From the human T2T-CHM13v2.0 reference genome, Homo sapiens: a stretch of 64,000 nucleotides of DNA. The DNA is taken from the NCBI RefSeq assembly GCF_009914755.1, contig NC_060931.1. One strand, given 5' to 3'. Made by a program: the position numbers and the translations under genes. Positions 14,080 through 29,582 of this stretch are shown one piece after another; positions within the stretch are counted from its first letter, which is position 1; each line of letters starts with the position of its first letter. Below the pieces are notes generated by a model, which saw nothing but the letters and a program-made list of their open reading frames with translations, ran no database searches and was not told the DNA's origin.

Positions 14080-16005
14080 TCAGCCATATCCCTCCCCTCC
14101 CTTTCTCCCAGTTACTGTCATCTACCAACCTTTTTCTCATTCTCAAGGCCTGTGGCCCCTGCCTTGTAGTCTTCCTCTCCTTCCCAAGCAGGTCCTTCCG
14201 TCCTCCTGGATGACTTCAACATCGACAGGGACCCTCATTCCGTTCCCTGGCTTCCCAGTCTCTAGACTTTGTCTGCAATGACTTTCTCCTCCCCTGCCTC
14301 AACCACTTACTCCCAAAATCACATTCCTGACCTTGTGATCATCTCCACAATCACTAATTCAAACCTCCTCTTCTCTTCCAATGTGCTTGATCCACTACCC
14401 TTCCTACTACCACCCTTTGGCCTCATCAAGGCCTCTGGTTCACGGACTTTTCTCCTTTCCTTTCTAACGTCTTTCCCTGATGCAGCGTAGATTCTGCGGT
14501 TCATCATTTCAATAGCACCCTTGCCAATGCCCTGAACTCCCCTGGCCCTCTCCGTTTTGTTTCTACCCTCTGGCAGAGCTTCACCCCTAGATGAACCTTC
14601 CTGTCTGCTTCCCCCACTTCTGCAATCAGGCACTCTTGGGTAAATTCACCTCACAAGGCAGATTATTAATTCTAAATTAGTCATCTCTCATCTCACATGA
14701 ACCTTGAACACCCAAAGGAAAATTCTAGCACATTTTTTCGATCTCCTCTACTATTATTTCAAACATTTCCCCTAAAGCCTCCAACCCTCAGCACCCTTCC
14801 TCTCTCCTAGCAAATGACGTCCTGTTTTACCTCACTGAGAAGTTGAAGCCATCCAGCAGAAACTTCTTCAAAGGCCTGCCCACAAGGCTAGCAAACCTGT
14901 ACACATCTTCTCTGTCATCTCTGGAGGTCACGAAAGGAGGTGTCCTCACTAAGGTCGCCATGAACTCTGGCCACCCAATCCAGCGGGCAGTTCTCAGCCT
15001 TCCTAATCTCCGGCAGCGTGTAACATGACCAACTGCTGTCCCCCAACATCCCCTCTTCAGTTTCCTTCTGGGACACCACTCCAGACATCTCATCTACTTC
15101 CCTGGCCATTCCCGCAGCCTCATCCTCCCCTTCTATCATCCTTAAGTCTCAAACCCAGGCTTTTTTCTCCACTCAAACTGTGTATCTCTCCAGACAAAGG
15201 GACTATCATCAAAGACCAAGTTCATGCTCTTCCCCCACAAATGTGTTCTTTTTCTACTCCTCCCCGTCTCAGTGAATGTCACCGCAGGGTGTTCAGTTAC
15301 AAAATCTGAAACCCACCTCTCCTCCACTACCTGTATCCAATTCATTGCCTCTTAAATACATCTCCTCTCTGCCCACTTCACTTCATCTCCACTGACGCCA
15401 GCCTAGTCCCATTTGAGCTCTTTGAATCCCCCTTGGTCCTCTGGGGTTTTGTTCTTTTCTGCAGGAAGATGAATGTTTTTATGATTCAAGTGACATCATG
15501 CCAGCCACTATGCAAGGGCTTCCTACTACACTTAGCATAAAACAAAATTGCTTAACAATGTACCTTGTCCTGTTTCATGCAGCTCCTGCCCACCTCTCAG
15601 GCCTTGTTTTTGTACCACTTTGGTCCTTGGACTCTGTGCTCCAGACAAACTGGAGTACCGCTTTCCATTCCGCCACAGGACCTTTGCACATGCTGATCTT
15701 CCACCTGGAATGCTCTTCTTCTCCCAGCTCATCTCCTCTCTTAGTTAAAGCATAGCTTTTCTTGACCCATGCAATCTAATTTGTGCCTATTTATTCTTTA
15801 GATTGTCCCCAGAGAAGCCTTCCCAGACTTAGCCAGCAGATTCTGTGATCTCAAAGAACTGGTTTTCTTTCCTTCATGGATAGCAATCATTGTAACTTGT
15901 ATTATATACTCATTTCTGAGAGTTTACCAGCATCAGTCTTCTCTAAATTGTAAGCTTAGTACCTGGAATATAGTAAGTAACTAATAAATGGTTATTGAAT
16001 GGGCA
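14080..16005 (+). mobile_element. Long L2 remnant
   Basis: C/T-rich; gatgacttcaacatc (endonuclease GDFN-like) and cacattcctgaccttgtg remnants; ends in the L2 3' terminus (tagtaagtaactaataaatggttattgaatg). Confidence 0.7.
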
Positions 16006-16694
16006 AGCCTTGATTCTGACCACCTTTAAAACTTGGGTAAGAATGTTAATTTTCCATCCTTTTTTAAATTAAAAGGTATATATAGTAAAGTATTTACAAA
16101 GCACTCTAAATGAGACAAAAGTTCTCCTCTATGTAGAGTTAGTGAATTATTATTATTGTAAACTTTACTCTTATGATGCAAGGTCATCTAATATAAACTC
16201 TAATCTAATATAAACTCCTAAATGCTCTGAGCCTTTGTGTACAGGTATGTTTATTTGAGCATCAATATCAATACAGGAACATGATGGACACATGTACTAA
16301 AGTCCTACTTACCTCATTATAGTTTCAATCACTTCTTGTAGCAACTTACAAGAAAAGTTTAGTCTAGTTCAGCTTATGTTAATTATTTTAGATTATGCAA
16401 GTACAATTAAAGCTGAGAAAAATGCTCATCCATGTCCTTTTAAGAGAAATACAACTTGAAAGAATTAGAGAGGAAGACATAAATATTTATTCTCATTAGA
16501 ACTCATAAATGAATGTAGTATATTATTTTTATACTTTAGTATATTATTTCTATTTATTATAAAAGTCACTGAGAGAGTGATGGAAATGAAGGGCTTGTGG
16601 GAGAAGAAAAATATGGAGATGCCAGAATGTGCCTCTGTTGAGCTCTTGCTCCACTGTCACTTTGTGTATTTGTTCTTCCACAGAAATTGATGAC

Positions 16695-17297
<603 letters not shown>

Positions 17298-18057
17298 GTG
17301 AGTGCTCCAGTGCTTGGCACTGAATTCAGACAGTAGATTTTTCAATCCCTTTCTCCCCTACACCCTTGTAATATTGTTTTTGAGACTGGCTACTCTGGTG
17401 TGGTAGTGGTTATGGTCTGAAGCGGGGGAAGAAGGAAGTTGGGAAGCTGGAAGGAAAGAGGAAAGGACATTAAGAAATTGGAAGGGAAGCAGGAAGAGAA
17501 GGTAAGAGAGGGAAAGAGAATGAGAAAGAACAGAAGATTTTAGACAAAGGCATGTCGAAAATCACAGGGTAGACCTTTCCAGAAAACAAGAAATCTTGAA
17601 CTAAATAAAAAATCTCATATTTCCCTTCACTTATTCTTGGGAAAAAAATTTAACTCATTGGTCAAATTTAAATTCTTGGTAACTTTGTAATTGAAGTCTA
17701 AGTAAAATGTTGTTTATATTTTCCCTTCTGGGTTTATTATTTTCATCTCAAAAAGCTGAACCCAAACTCAGGAATCTTAAGCAATATCCTATGAGTTGAT
17801 CAAAATGAATTATCTTAAAAGTAGTTCCATATGATGGAATGCACGAGAAGTGTACACATTTTCCTTGTGCTCCTGATGTTTTGAAAAGTGTGTTCAGATA
17901 ATCCCTCGATGAACTGACGGAACCTGGGTCCTGCTCTTTCCTCTCTCTTTGGAGAGGCTGGGGAGTGAGAACCTAAACCTGGACTCACAACTCACTTAGA
18001 ACCCTGTCCAGCATCCTGACTTCAGGGCCACTGCTCACCACCCCTTCTCCTTCTCAG

Positions 18058-18171
18058 GCTCATTATTCGCCGGGATCATTTGTTGGAGGGAACCTTCAAT
18101 CAGGTGATGGCCTATTCGCGGAAAGAGCTCCAGCGAAACAAGCTCTACGTCACCTTTGTTGGAGAGGAGGG
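18058..18171 (+). CDS. HECW1: HECW1 coding exon, 114 nt ([38 protein letters not shown]), start of HECT N-lobe
   Basis: Acceptor ccttctcag; donor GG|gtgagg. Contains the canonical L.V.F.GEEG HECT motif. Confidence 0.97.
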
Positions 18172-18616
18172 GTGAGGCACCAGGAGTTTTATGCAGACAC
18201 CTAAGCAAGGGTGGGCCAGAGCCTCAGGGTCAGGGGTGATTTTTCTCAAGAAGGAGCACAGTAGCTGTCAGTCTTCACCCCAATGCGATTCTGATCACAT
18301 TCTCCCAGGAGGTCCTTCTTTTCAGGTATTGCCAAGCTTTAAAAAATGCCATGATCTTCAAAAACCTAAGATTATTGACATGCACAAGAGGATATGCCAA
18401 CAATACAGTCCCAGGGCACTGAATCTTTCCTTTTTAGGTGGTGTACCCCTCTGAGTATCTAATTTAAAAAACTCTTTCTCTTAAAGTGCATGTATACAAC
18501 TTCATGCCAAACTTTTCATATCATTTCAGTGATTTCATGGGAAACCACCTCAACCATGAAGGGCAAGCCCATGTAGGAAGGCATATCAAAATGAACTTGG
18601 AAGCCTTTTCAGTCCA

Positions 18617-18652
18617 CCCACATACACATACACACACACATGCATGCACACA
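18617..18652. repeat. Imperfect (CA)n microsatellite
   Basis: cacatacacatacacacacacatgcatgcacaca. Confidence 0.8.
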
Positions 18653-18854
18653 TTCACTGTTGCAGGAAATTCTTTTATGTGTCCCACAACAAAGGCCTTG
18701 TATTCAATGGGCCAGCTGTGTGTTTTAGCTCAGAGGTGTTAGATGATCAAAAGAAAACACTAAGGAAAGCTGCCATAAGAGTTTATTCATGGACATCTGG
18801 TTAAGAAACATCTCCAAACCAATTACTGCATCCTCATTTTCTACAGCAAATTGA

Positions 18855-19160
<306 letters not shown>

Positions 19161-22100
19161 TAAGCTCTATAATGTTCACTTTCTTGTATTTGAAAGTTCT
19201 CCTCTTTCTTAGTCAGAATTCAGCAGCATTTCTCAAAGGCCACTGTGTTTAGAGCAGTGGCCAGATGTTATGAGGGATGAGAGTGAATGACAGAGCCCAA
19301 GAAGGAAGAATCTGTTAGTCTTCACCCAGAACACAAGATGGATTTACCAAGGATGCTGATAATATAGCAACTGCAAATTGATGTGAGAAAGAATAATTGC
19401 CTACTGAGAAGACGCTAAGATCAGTAGACATAGGTCATGAATGTTGATAATTTTACTAAAATCATAGGGTCCCAGTGGAGGCTTCTTGGAGGTATTTATG
19501 GGTTTGAAATTCTTTCACCTTGGACCAGTGGCTTTAGCACTGTGGACACTGGCTTCCGCATCTTACTGTAAAATATGGCTATTGGGTCAGATGATCTCTA
19601 AGCATTCTTCTGACTTGAAAATCCAGTATGTCTTTGGTTCCTGGGTGGTCTGCTGTTGAGGCATTCTATTACCACTTACCGATATGTATAAGAAGATTGG
19701 TATCAGTCAATGCTGTGCAGTTTTGTGGTGCAGATGTGGGTATTAGAGGTCTCCAGAAAGCTGCTGGGACACCTGGGATGCAGGCACTTTCCTGCTGCAT
19801 CACCACATGCCTGATTTGAAAATTACCGCTGTTCTGACTGCAGGAGCTCCTGCTGTTGAGAGGGAAATGAGTCCTGGAGATGGCTAATGTGAGTTCTTCT
19901 GACATGACTTATTTATGCTGCTGTTGAAGGGAGCCATTGGGGTGACACCTGGGCCTGCTGGCCTTAGAACCCAAGTTCCTATAGTTTGGCTATAGGGCAT
20001 CAGTATAACCCACCTGTGCTAAGGCTTCCAGATATTGCACATGCCTTCTCTCCAAATGCACTCCCAGCCCTGAAGTTCTTGAGATGAGGTAGAGTGAGTG
20101 AGTACACATCGAGGGTTTGGCACAAGATGAAACAAAACGTGCCCTTTGTCACCCCAGAACTTGTGAATAAGTGGATGATGGAGCAGAGCAGACAAGTCAC
20201 CGTGGACGGGCCCAAGAATGGAATCTGCCTCTCACTGAGCTCACATTCAGGCAGGCTCCATTCTGATGGTAGAGAGTGCTATGACCTGTAACACAGGAAT
20301 ATACACATACACAGATTATACCTAATACAATCCCTCAACTAGCTCTTAGTTTGTGAGCATGAAATTTAAGATGGTGTCTTAGAGATCATGAATTGGAATC
20401 AGCAATCAACAGAGAAATATTTTCATCAAATATCTTACCATATAAGACTATGCTGGATAGCATCAGGAATACCTTAGCTAATTTAACAATTATAAATTAA
20501 GCACATAGTATGTTCTGGGAGGACACAAACATAAAATGAGCAAGGTCTCATGCCTCAAAGAGACTAGTGTGAGGAACACATGAGCCAACCAACAATTACA
20601 ATACAATAGCTTAAATGCTCACTTATACGCACATATACATATGTGGGCATATGTTTGCCTGAGATACATAGATAAGCCTGAGAATTGTATTCAATCACAA
20701 GGGAAAAATATCGCACTCTGTCCAAGTTAGGGGGTCAGGGAGTGGGGAGTGGAGTCTGTGAATCTTTCAAAAAGAGGAGACGGTGGCATAGGACAACAGG
20801 GACAAGTACCACGGTGGGATGAATGGAAGCTGACGTTTGAAGAAAACCTTGGTGTCAAGCATGTTTCAGCGCAGCCACAAAATAAGGCCACAGGTGAAGG
20901 CCTGATGGGAAGCACAGAAGATACTGTGGCCCACACTTGGCTGGACTACCTGTTAAAAGTGGCCTCCATCACTTTCCACAGTGACCATGCCTTGCCTGCT
21001 GCCCCGTCCCTGCAACCAACCTGGCTTTGTGGCCTTCTGCTCATCTATGCATTGCAGGACTGAAGAAGCTTTATAGATGTGTCCGTTACACTTCATCACA
21101 TTAAGGAAGGAAATTGTGTGATACAGGGATTTTGCAAGAATTACCAAAGTTCTCTGGATGGATCCCTGATGAGGGCTTGACAGTGCCTGTCCTCGAAATG
21201 CAGGTTAACCGCTGTGTCCTTTGTTAGAGGACTTGGCCCCGCACTAAGCATGCTGAGTTTCATCCACTGATGTTCTCACTCATGTGGAGAGTATTTGTGG
21301 TGCATCCTGGAAACGCAATTGCAGGTAGCTTTCTGAGCCGACTAGCAATCTAAACTGAGCCCACGGTGATGAGATTTTCTTCAACGCCACTCTTTGGATG
21401 CTGCTGACTTGTGATGAAATGGGCAGGGAACCCTTATGATTTAAAGCTGCAACTCTGAATGCCTCAGTCCCGAGAGTCCTCAGCCTGGCATGCAGAACAA
21501 GCCCCTTCACCTCCACGGGGTCAGAGATCAGATTGTATCATGACCCTCCATGTGGAATCACACTTTTCTTCTCTTATCAGTGGCTCCAAATTTCTGAGCA
21601 AGGGAAACTGGTTTTCTTTGCACAGAGCCACAGCTGACTGAATGTAAGCCACCTAGGAAGAGTCTCATTTAGATTTCAACAGGAAGCCCTGATCAGCTTT
21701 GGGACATCTTAACAAAACCATGATGCTGCAGTTATTCCTTTTGTTTATTTTTTGTTATTTTCTTGTGCCATGTGGCAAATAGTTTAACAAACAAAACATG
21801 CAGGTTTCACCTATCTTGTGCCCCTGAGTGGCTCGTTAAGCTCTTTGGCCAGCATTTTAGCAAAGGGAAGCTAGGAGAGCCCAGATCTGGTGATGTGGCT
21901 TTGGGTATTTTGCACAAAATGCTGGCAGTGTGTGGGTGCTGTGGCACCTGCCTGAAGACCTGTCGCTGTCATTTCTGCAGCCCGCAGGTCCATGACACTC
22001 AGGAAACCAGAATCCTGAGTCCTCAAATCTGATCGCTCACGACTGGTACCACTGGCTGCCTCTTAACTGCCCACAGCGTGGGCGTAGCTGCTGCTGATCT

Positions 22101-24323
22101 CGGGTCGGTGTCAGGTGCTCCTTCCACCTTCTGAGGGAGTTCATCAGGAGATTCATGGAGGCTGTGAAGAGGATGACAATCATCAGAGCCTGTGCATCAC
22201 TCATAAGGAAACGGAGAAACCAAAAGATTACAAGGCTTTCTATGGGCACAGCCTTGACTTTGTAAAGCAGGACATTGTCCCTTGACACAGGACAAGCCAG
22301 GGCAGGATTTGGCCTGCAGGAAGGACAGAGGTGCCTTAATGGACACCCACGCCCTGCCCACCTCCCTTCACTCTGGAATCAGAGATAAGCATAACCACAG
22401 ACCCGAAATAAACATGGCAAACCAGGTCAGCTTCAAAAGTTGTTGTTGGTTTTTTCCAAAAATAGAAATTTTATTCTCTAGTGAGGCATTATCAGAAAAT
22501 GCTGTGAAATTGGTATTCATATTTTATAAAATTTATAAATGTGTAAAACGCTGATGAGCTAAATGGATCTATTTTGTACTGCTGAGCATAATTTTATATG
22601 TTATCATAATCATTAATAAAAATTAGATGAATTTAAAAGTCAGTTGCTTGTAGGCTAGTGAAATAGTGAAAGGACTAGAGTTTTCCTTTAACTGGAAGAA
22701 TTATTACTGCTTAACATACACACATTTAATACCGATTGGTTTGCTATGGAGGAATAACTGAGAAACCAAATGCACTGAGTAGAGTTTATATGAATGTTTC
22801 AACACAGCTGCTCTTACATGATTATATTTTTTTAATGCCTAGCAAAAATCCATTATAAGGCTTCAAAGGATTAAACATCACTCAGGATTGACACGGTACT
22901 CAGCTGTGGCTGGAGGCAGCAACTTTGCAGTGGTCAATTTTATCTTTTTTTGTTGTTGTTATTCTGCTTCTTTATCCTTCGCTGACCTTCTTCTGCGTCC
23001 CATCCTCTTACACATTTTCTGAGTTCCCTCTAAAAAATAAGCTCTATTGGAGCAGAGACACTTTTGTCTTATTTCACTCTAGCACAACACCTGGCACTTT
23101 CAGGTGTTCAGAACATCTCCCCGACCACTGGGTGCATAAATGAGTATTATTCCACAAGTCCTACCAGTCTCTTCCTTCTACCAGGGTTAAGATTAATAAA
23201 GTGCTCCCTCCTGCCATGTGCAATTAATTGCTCAAATTTCACACTTTTCTGTATTATCTGTGGTTTTAAAGCCCTTGCAAAGTCAGTGATAAATGCACAT
23301 GTCCCTTAAGATCTTTACACTCTGGGACTCTGCTCTCCACGACGCGTGAATGCTGCTTGTTACTGAAGGAAGGCCTCCTCCTTCTTCTCACACTGCACGT
23401 GGTCCTGCAGCGGCCACTTCCAGGCAAGGCACTGCCCAAAGACATCAATGGAGAAACCCCTGACAGTGTGTCCTTCCTCTGAAAGCTCCCCTTTGAGAGT
23501 GGGTACTTGACATTCTGGGCTTCCTGCTCCCTGTGTGTGGGCTTTGTATCCATTGGAATAGAGCCAGCTTAATCAAAAGCCCTAGCAGGGCATCATGATT
23601 CCACCCACTTCCTTTCTTTCTCGTGCAGTGTTGAGACATACGAATATGAATAAATATAGTGAAAATTCTGTGTTACACACGTTAAGTAAGCTGGAAAAAA
23701 AAAACTGTTTGTGGGTTTTGGTTTTTTTTTGTTTTTTGCTTTTGGTCAGGATTTTTGATTTTTGTTTTGTTTTGTTGCCTTTGACCTAAAGAGACTTTCT
23801 GCAATTGCTGTTTCATTACTTATTTGTACGACTGACTTCCAAACTGAAAGGACCATGTCAAAGTCAGCAGTGATAATATTCAGGCCAAAGAGAAAGAGGA
23901 GTTAGAGTCAGAAGAGCTCTTTCAAAGCTGGAGCCTATAAGGGACCACCCATGGACACTGTGGTCACTCAAGGACACAGCCCCTGCGAGACCTGGCCACA
24001 GCAGGGCAAAGCAGGGAAATAACACTCTCAATCAACACTCTTCTTCCACCCTCCAGTCCCAATGGCCAAACCCAACCATGAACCAGAGGACAGAGGCTCT
24101 CCAGATACTGCAACCCACAGTGGCCAGTCCCTAAGTCACAGAGCAGGACAGAAAAAGATGGGAAATTAGTGGAGGACAGGAGAGCAGGGAATGGAAAATT
24201 ACCACAAGAGCCTCTACATTTCAGGACATTCAACCCATCCACCAGAAATCTTATAATTTACAGAACAGTATGTGTCTGTTGTGTCTTTGATGACAGAAGT
24301 CTTGGAATACTATTCCAAATTTC

Positions 24324-24627
24324 TTTTTTCTTTTCTTTTCTTTTTTTTTTTTTTGAGATGGAATTTCGCTCTTGTCCCCCAGGCTGAGTGCAATCTTTGC
24401 TCACTGCAACCTCCACCTCCTGGTTCAAGCAAGTCTCCTGCCTCAGCCTCCCAAGTAGCTGGGATTACAGGCACATGCCACCACGCCCAGCTAATTTTTG
24501 TATTTTTAGTAGAGACGGGGTTTCACCATGTTGGACAGGCTGGTCTCAAACTCCTGACCTCAGGTGATCCATCCTCCTTGGCCTCCCAAAGTGCTGGGAT
24601 TACAGGCGTGAGCCAACGTGCCCAGCC
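24324..24627 (-). mobile_element. AluS
   Basis: TSD tattcca(a/c)atttc at 24311 and 24628; source of ORF 24272-24826. Confidence 0.95.
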
Positions 24628-26281
24628 TATTCCACATTTCATATCTTCATTCTTTGATTATGATGATGTCATTTGCATATTGATGAGGCACTCATATGCT
24701 ACTTTTTTATCCTTTTCATATTTATTGTATCCTGATTTTCTATCTTTAGGGATACATAATTTAATAATTAAGCTAAATAATGAAGGATCCATTGAGAACA
24801 TGCTAAATATACCAGGCACTGTCTAACAACATTATAACCCAGATATAATGTTATTATTACAACATTATAACCCACATACTGAGTTATCCTACTTTTACAG
24901 ATGAGGAAAATGAGGTGCAGACATAAACAAAGCCACAGAGATAGTCGAGGACCAGGTAGGAATAGGAACCCAGGTATCATGGCTCTATCATCAGGATCTA
25001 GCCCCCATTCAAAGGCAAAGTCAGATATATAATTGGTCAAATTAAAATACAATGTGACCAATGCTGTGCATACCTCTATTATAGTGCTTATCACATTGTA
25101 TTGTAATAATGAGGTACAAGGAACTTTGGAAAAATGAATGAGAATAATTGGCTGGCAGAGAAGAGGAGTGGGGAATTCTAGATGGAGGGCCCAGCATTCA
25201 CAGCAGATGTCAGTTTGGTGTGGCCTCAGAAGAGAGAAAGAGGCTGGAAAGGCATCCTGGTGTCGGGTAGGGAAAAGCATTTGATGGCATTCCCAGGCGT
25301 TTGGGTTTTGTCATGAAGATGACAATGACAGGGAGCCAGGCATTTCATTAGTAAAGGAAGAGCCTGATCAGATCTTTATTAAACTCAGAAAGTCAACTCT
25401 GGTTACAAGTGGAAGATGAACTGGAGTGGGCAATAGGGGTGTCATTTAAGAGGCTAGTGAAATAGTTGTAGGAAGAGATATTAAAGAATCAAAATAGGGC
25501 AGAAGCAGTAGAAATGGAAAGATTTTTCAGAAGGAGCATGAACAAATGAATGAACAAAACTTGGTGATAGATTATAAATGGTGGGAAGTTAAGTATATGA
25601 CAGGCTAAATAGCTTGAAATGACACTGGTGAGCACCTAAAATTCTACCAAATACTTATCAGTGCAAAGACACCTTTTTAAAAATCAACCTACCATTCCTT
25701 CTTTATGTAGTACCCTCTATTTTAAATGATACTTCTTTATAATCTGAATTAGCCAGATTATAGTAGCACACTCCCAGATGCTGTGAGATATGTTATTTCA
25801 ACATTTTTAATATTTACCAAAACTTTGTGTCATTGGAAACTCTTCACTTACTTGCTGCAAAATTATATATAAGAAACTACCAAGTTAAAATGCTCGCATA
25901 TTTTGAATGGAGGCATAAAAAACAAAACTATAAATGAATTGTGAAAGGTCCAAATTTATTTTTATGTCTAATACAATGCATGAATATTGCAAATGCATAT
26001 AGTTTCAAACTATTATGTTTATATAGGAAAGATTCACATTTAAGTTCAAACATTCCCTTCTCTAAGGGTCTTTCCTGAGCACTCAATTTAAAATAGTGCA
26101 TCCATTTATAATTTTCCAACTTAACATCTTACTTTAATATATTGACTGAATTTATCACTATAAAAAGTATTAATATGTTTATAATTCGTTGTCGTTTCTT
26201 CCCGAAAATGTAAGCCCAGTGAGACCAGAGTCTTGGCTGTAGCTTTCCTAGTCACATACTTGGCGCTCAGTAAATATGTGT

Positions 26282-26377
26282 GGAAGGAAGGAAGGAAAAA
26301 AAGAAAGGAGGGAGGGAAGAAGACAGGCTGGACAGATAGACGGATGGTTGAGTGGAAGGATGGATGGACGGATGGAA
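26282..26377. repeat. (GGAA)n/(GGAT)n purine-rich simple repeat at an L2 3' end
   Basis: Read directly from the sequence. Confidence 0.75.
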
Positions 26378-26715
26378 TACTTCTCAGGTAAAACTTCTTG
26401 GTTAATGAGAATTTTTATCTCATTTCAATTTTTAGTTCAGAATATTTAAACTAAAATAAAATAAATAAAAACAGTAAAAATAAATAAGTAAATTTGGAGC
26501 CTCTCACTCATTGTTGAGTGTCATTTAAGCTCCTACCAACTATTCTCTCTGAAATCACCACTGGAAATTCTTTTTGTCCCAATCATTCTGAATGTCACTT
26601 TTCCTGGAGCAAATCTGAGATGCCCTAAAAGTCTGAACAACTGAAATAGGTGAGTTCCTTCTCTATTCCTAGGAAGAATACCAGCGCCTCAGACACATTT
26701 TCTTTGTCTTAAGTA

Positions 26716-27102
26716 CAGTCATGTGTCAGTTAACGACAGGGATACCTCTGAGAAATGCATCACTAAGCAATTTTATCATTGCGTGAACATCATAGAGTGG
26801 AATTACACAAACCTAGATGGCAGAGCCTACCTCACACCTATGCTCTATGCTATAGCCTATTGCTCCTGGGCAACAAACCTGCACAACATGTTACTGTACT
26901 GAATACCTTAGGCAACTGTAACACAATAGCAAGTATTTGTGTATCTCAACATAGCTAAACATAGAAAAAGTACAGTAAAATTATTGTATAGAAGATAAGA
27001 AATGGTACACCTGTATAGGGCAGCTCCATTATAATCTTTTGAGACCGCCGTTGTATATGTGGTCTGTCATTAACTGAAATGTGGTTATGTGGCCTATGCT
27101 TG
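26716..27102 (+). mobile_element. Tigger3a/MER7-type non-autonomous DNA transposon
   Basis: TA followed by cagtcatgtgtcagttaacgacagggatacctctgagaaatg; degenerate 3' TIR gaaatgtggttatgtggcctatgcttg. Confidence 0.82.
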
Positions 27103-28251
27103 TGCTAACATGTATCATTTTAAGAAACGACTACGTTATGAGTCACTCTTTACATAATTGTCAGTGTGAGAAGGATTTTCAGGGCCAGATTTCAGATTTG
27201 ATGCTGTTAATCAGTTTCTCTGCAGCCACCAAAATGTCTGTGAGCTCATTTATGTCTGTGGTGGTGACGAATCTAACCTTACAGTTGTCACAATCAGACA
27301 TTTTACCACCTCTCAAACCAAAATTTCCAAGAGGATCCCAAGGCCCTTTGCTAACTGCAAAATAAACAGACTCCCCTGCCCCCTTCTGCCCCAGCCCCGA
27401 CCTCTCTCCCTTCCCAAGCAGATACTACCTGGGTGGTAAAAATCTTCTGTTTTCAGGTCTTTAGCAAGGGGAAGTGGGGGAGGAGGGAAGCTCTTTTGTG
27501 CATGTTTAGAGTTTGGCCAAGTGGGTAAGTGGGTATTAAGTGTAATTGTAGAGTTTTATGGAACTTAAGAAGTCCCGGATAACACATTTTAAATATCCCT
27601 TGCTACATCTGCAGAGTCTTGAATTAGTAGGTAGAAACCACAACATTATGAGATCCCACTGGGTGTCTCATGGCCCTTCAACCTCCCAGGGCCCTCCTGA
27701 CAAAAGAGCTCAGTGTGGACTTTTGATCTGAGTTTAAGATCAGGTAAGCCCCAGCCCCAGCCCTACCCCTAACAACAGCCCCTGGGTTCTTTCACGAACA
27801 CCTACAAGAGCTTTGCTGACCCCATCTCTGGCTGAATCTCAGTAGCCTCCCTATCAATTCTCAAAGAAGATGTGGAGCAAAAGTTAGATGAGAAGTCACC
27901 ATAGAATGTACGGGATTGGTTGGGATTCTGCCTGTCCTATTTCTGAACCCAGCTTTCTTCAGAATGTGTGAGAAACTTCCAGTAGGAAAAGAATTAACTA
28001 TTTAGTTAATGATGCCAGTACTGTAACTGGGTATGCAACCAAAAGAAAATTATGTTAGATTCCTCTCTACTTTGAAAATACGTGAAAAAAAGGAATGAAA
28101 TTTCTTCAGGAAAATCTAGGTGAATTTATGCATATGCTAGAACATAAAAATTATTGAGAACATAAAATGAACTCAAGAAACCTTGAGTGGTAGAGACCTT
28201 TTTAGAGACAATCTTTTTAATCAACAACTAGAATCTATAAAAGAAAAGAAA

Positions 28252-28546
28252 GGCCGGGCACAGTGGCTCACACCTCTAATTCCAACACTTTAGGAGGCCA
28301 AGGCGGGTGGATCACTTGAGGTCAGGAGTTTGAGACCATCCTGGCCAACATGGTGAAACCCCATCTCTACTAAAAAATACAAAAATTAACCAGGCCTAGT
28401 GGCACATGCCTGTAATCCCAGCTACTCAGGAGGCTGAGGCAGGAGAATTGCTTGAACCCAGGTAGCAAAGGTTGCAGTGGGCCTGGATTGCGCCACTGCA
28501 CTCCAGCCTGGGCAACAGAGTGAGACACCATCTCAAAAAAAAAAAA
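28252..28546 (+). mobile_element. AluS
   Basis: Full dimer with A tail. Confidence 0.95.
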
Positions 28547-29254
28547 CGTATTTGAATATATAAAAGTTAAAATACTTTCTGACAAAAATACCATAAACAA
28601 GGTCAAAAGACAAGCTTTGATCTTGAAAATTAATCTTTGCAACTCAAGAAAATCAGAGGTTGAAAATCTGTAATACAAATTTCAAAGAGCTCTTGCAACT
28701 TGAAAAAAAGAGGAGATACAACCCTGGGAAAACTGGCAAAGAATATGAAAAAGTTGGTCAGAGAAGAACAAATTCAAATGATTGATAAACCCATTAAAAA
28801 ATGTCAACTTTTCCAGTGGTGAAGGAAATGAAAACTAAGGTAACAATGATATATCACCTTATAACGATCAAATTGCCAAAAATTGAAGAGTTATTTATTT
28901 TTGGAGGGGACATAAGTAAAAGGATGCTTTCATGCATTGTTGGTAGAAACATGCATGAAAGCAATTTTATAGCCTTTCAGGGGGGAATGCAATCCACAAT
29001 ATAAACTAAAATTTTTAAAACCCCTATACCCTTTAGCCCATAAAGTTATCTCATAGAAACAAAAGCACTAATATTCAGTACTTTTGTAATAACAGGTAAT
29101 ATTTATTGAGCCCTTATTATGGGCCAGGTATTTTTGCAAAGGCTCAACATGAATTACATAACCTAGTATAATCCTCTATTTTACAAATGAGGAAACTCAT
29201 ACCCATAGAGGTTTAAACTTGCCCAATACAAGAGCTAGTAAGTGACAGAGGTAG

Positions 29255-29582
<328 letters not shown>

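Noticed and set aside
24272-24826. 184-aa ORF and similar ORFs (830, 1692, 9930, 16740, 33038, 39925, 63359)
   Set aside because: These are standard Alu translations ([16 protein letters not shown]), not genes.
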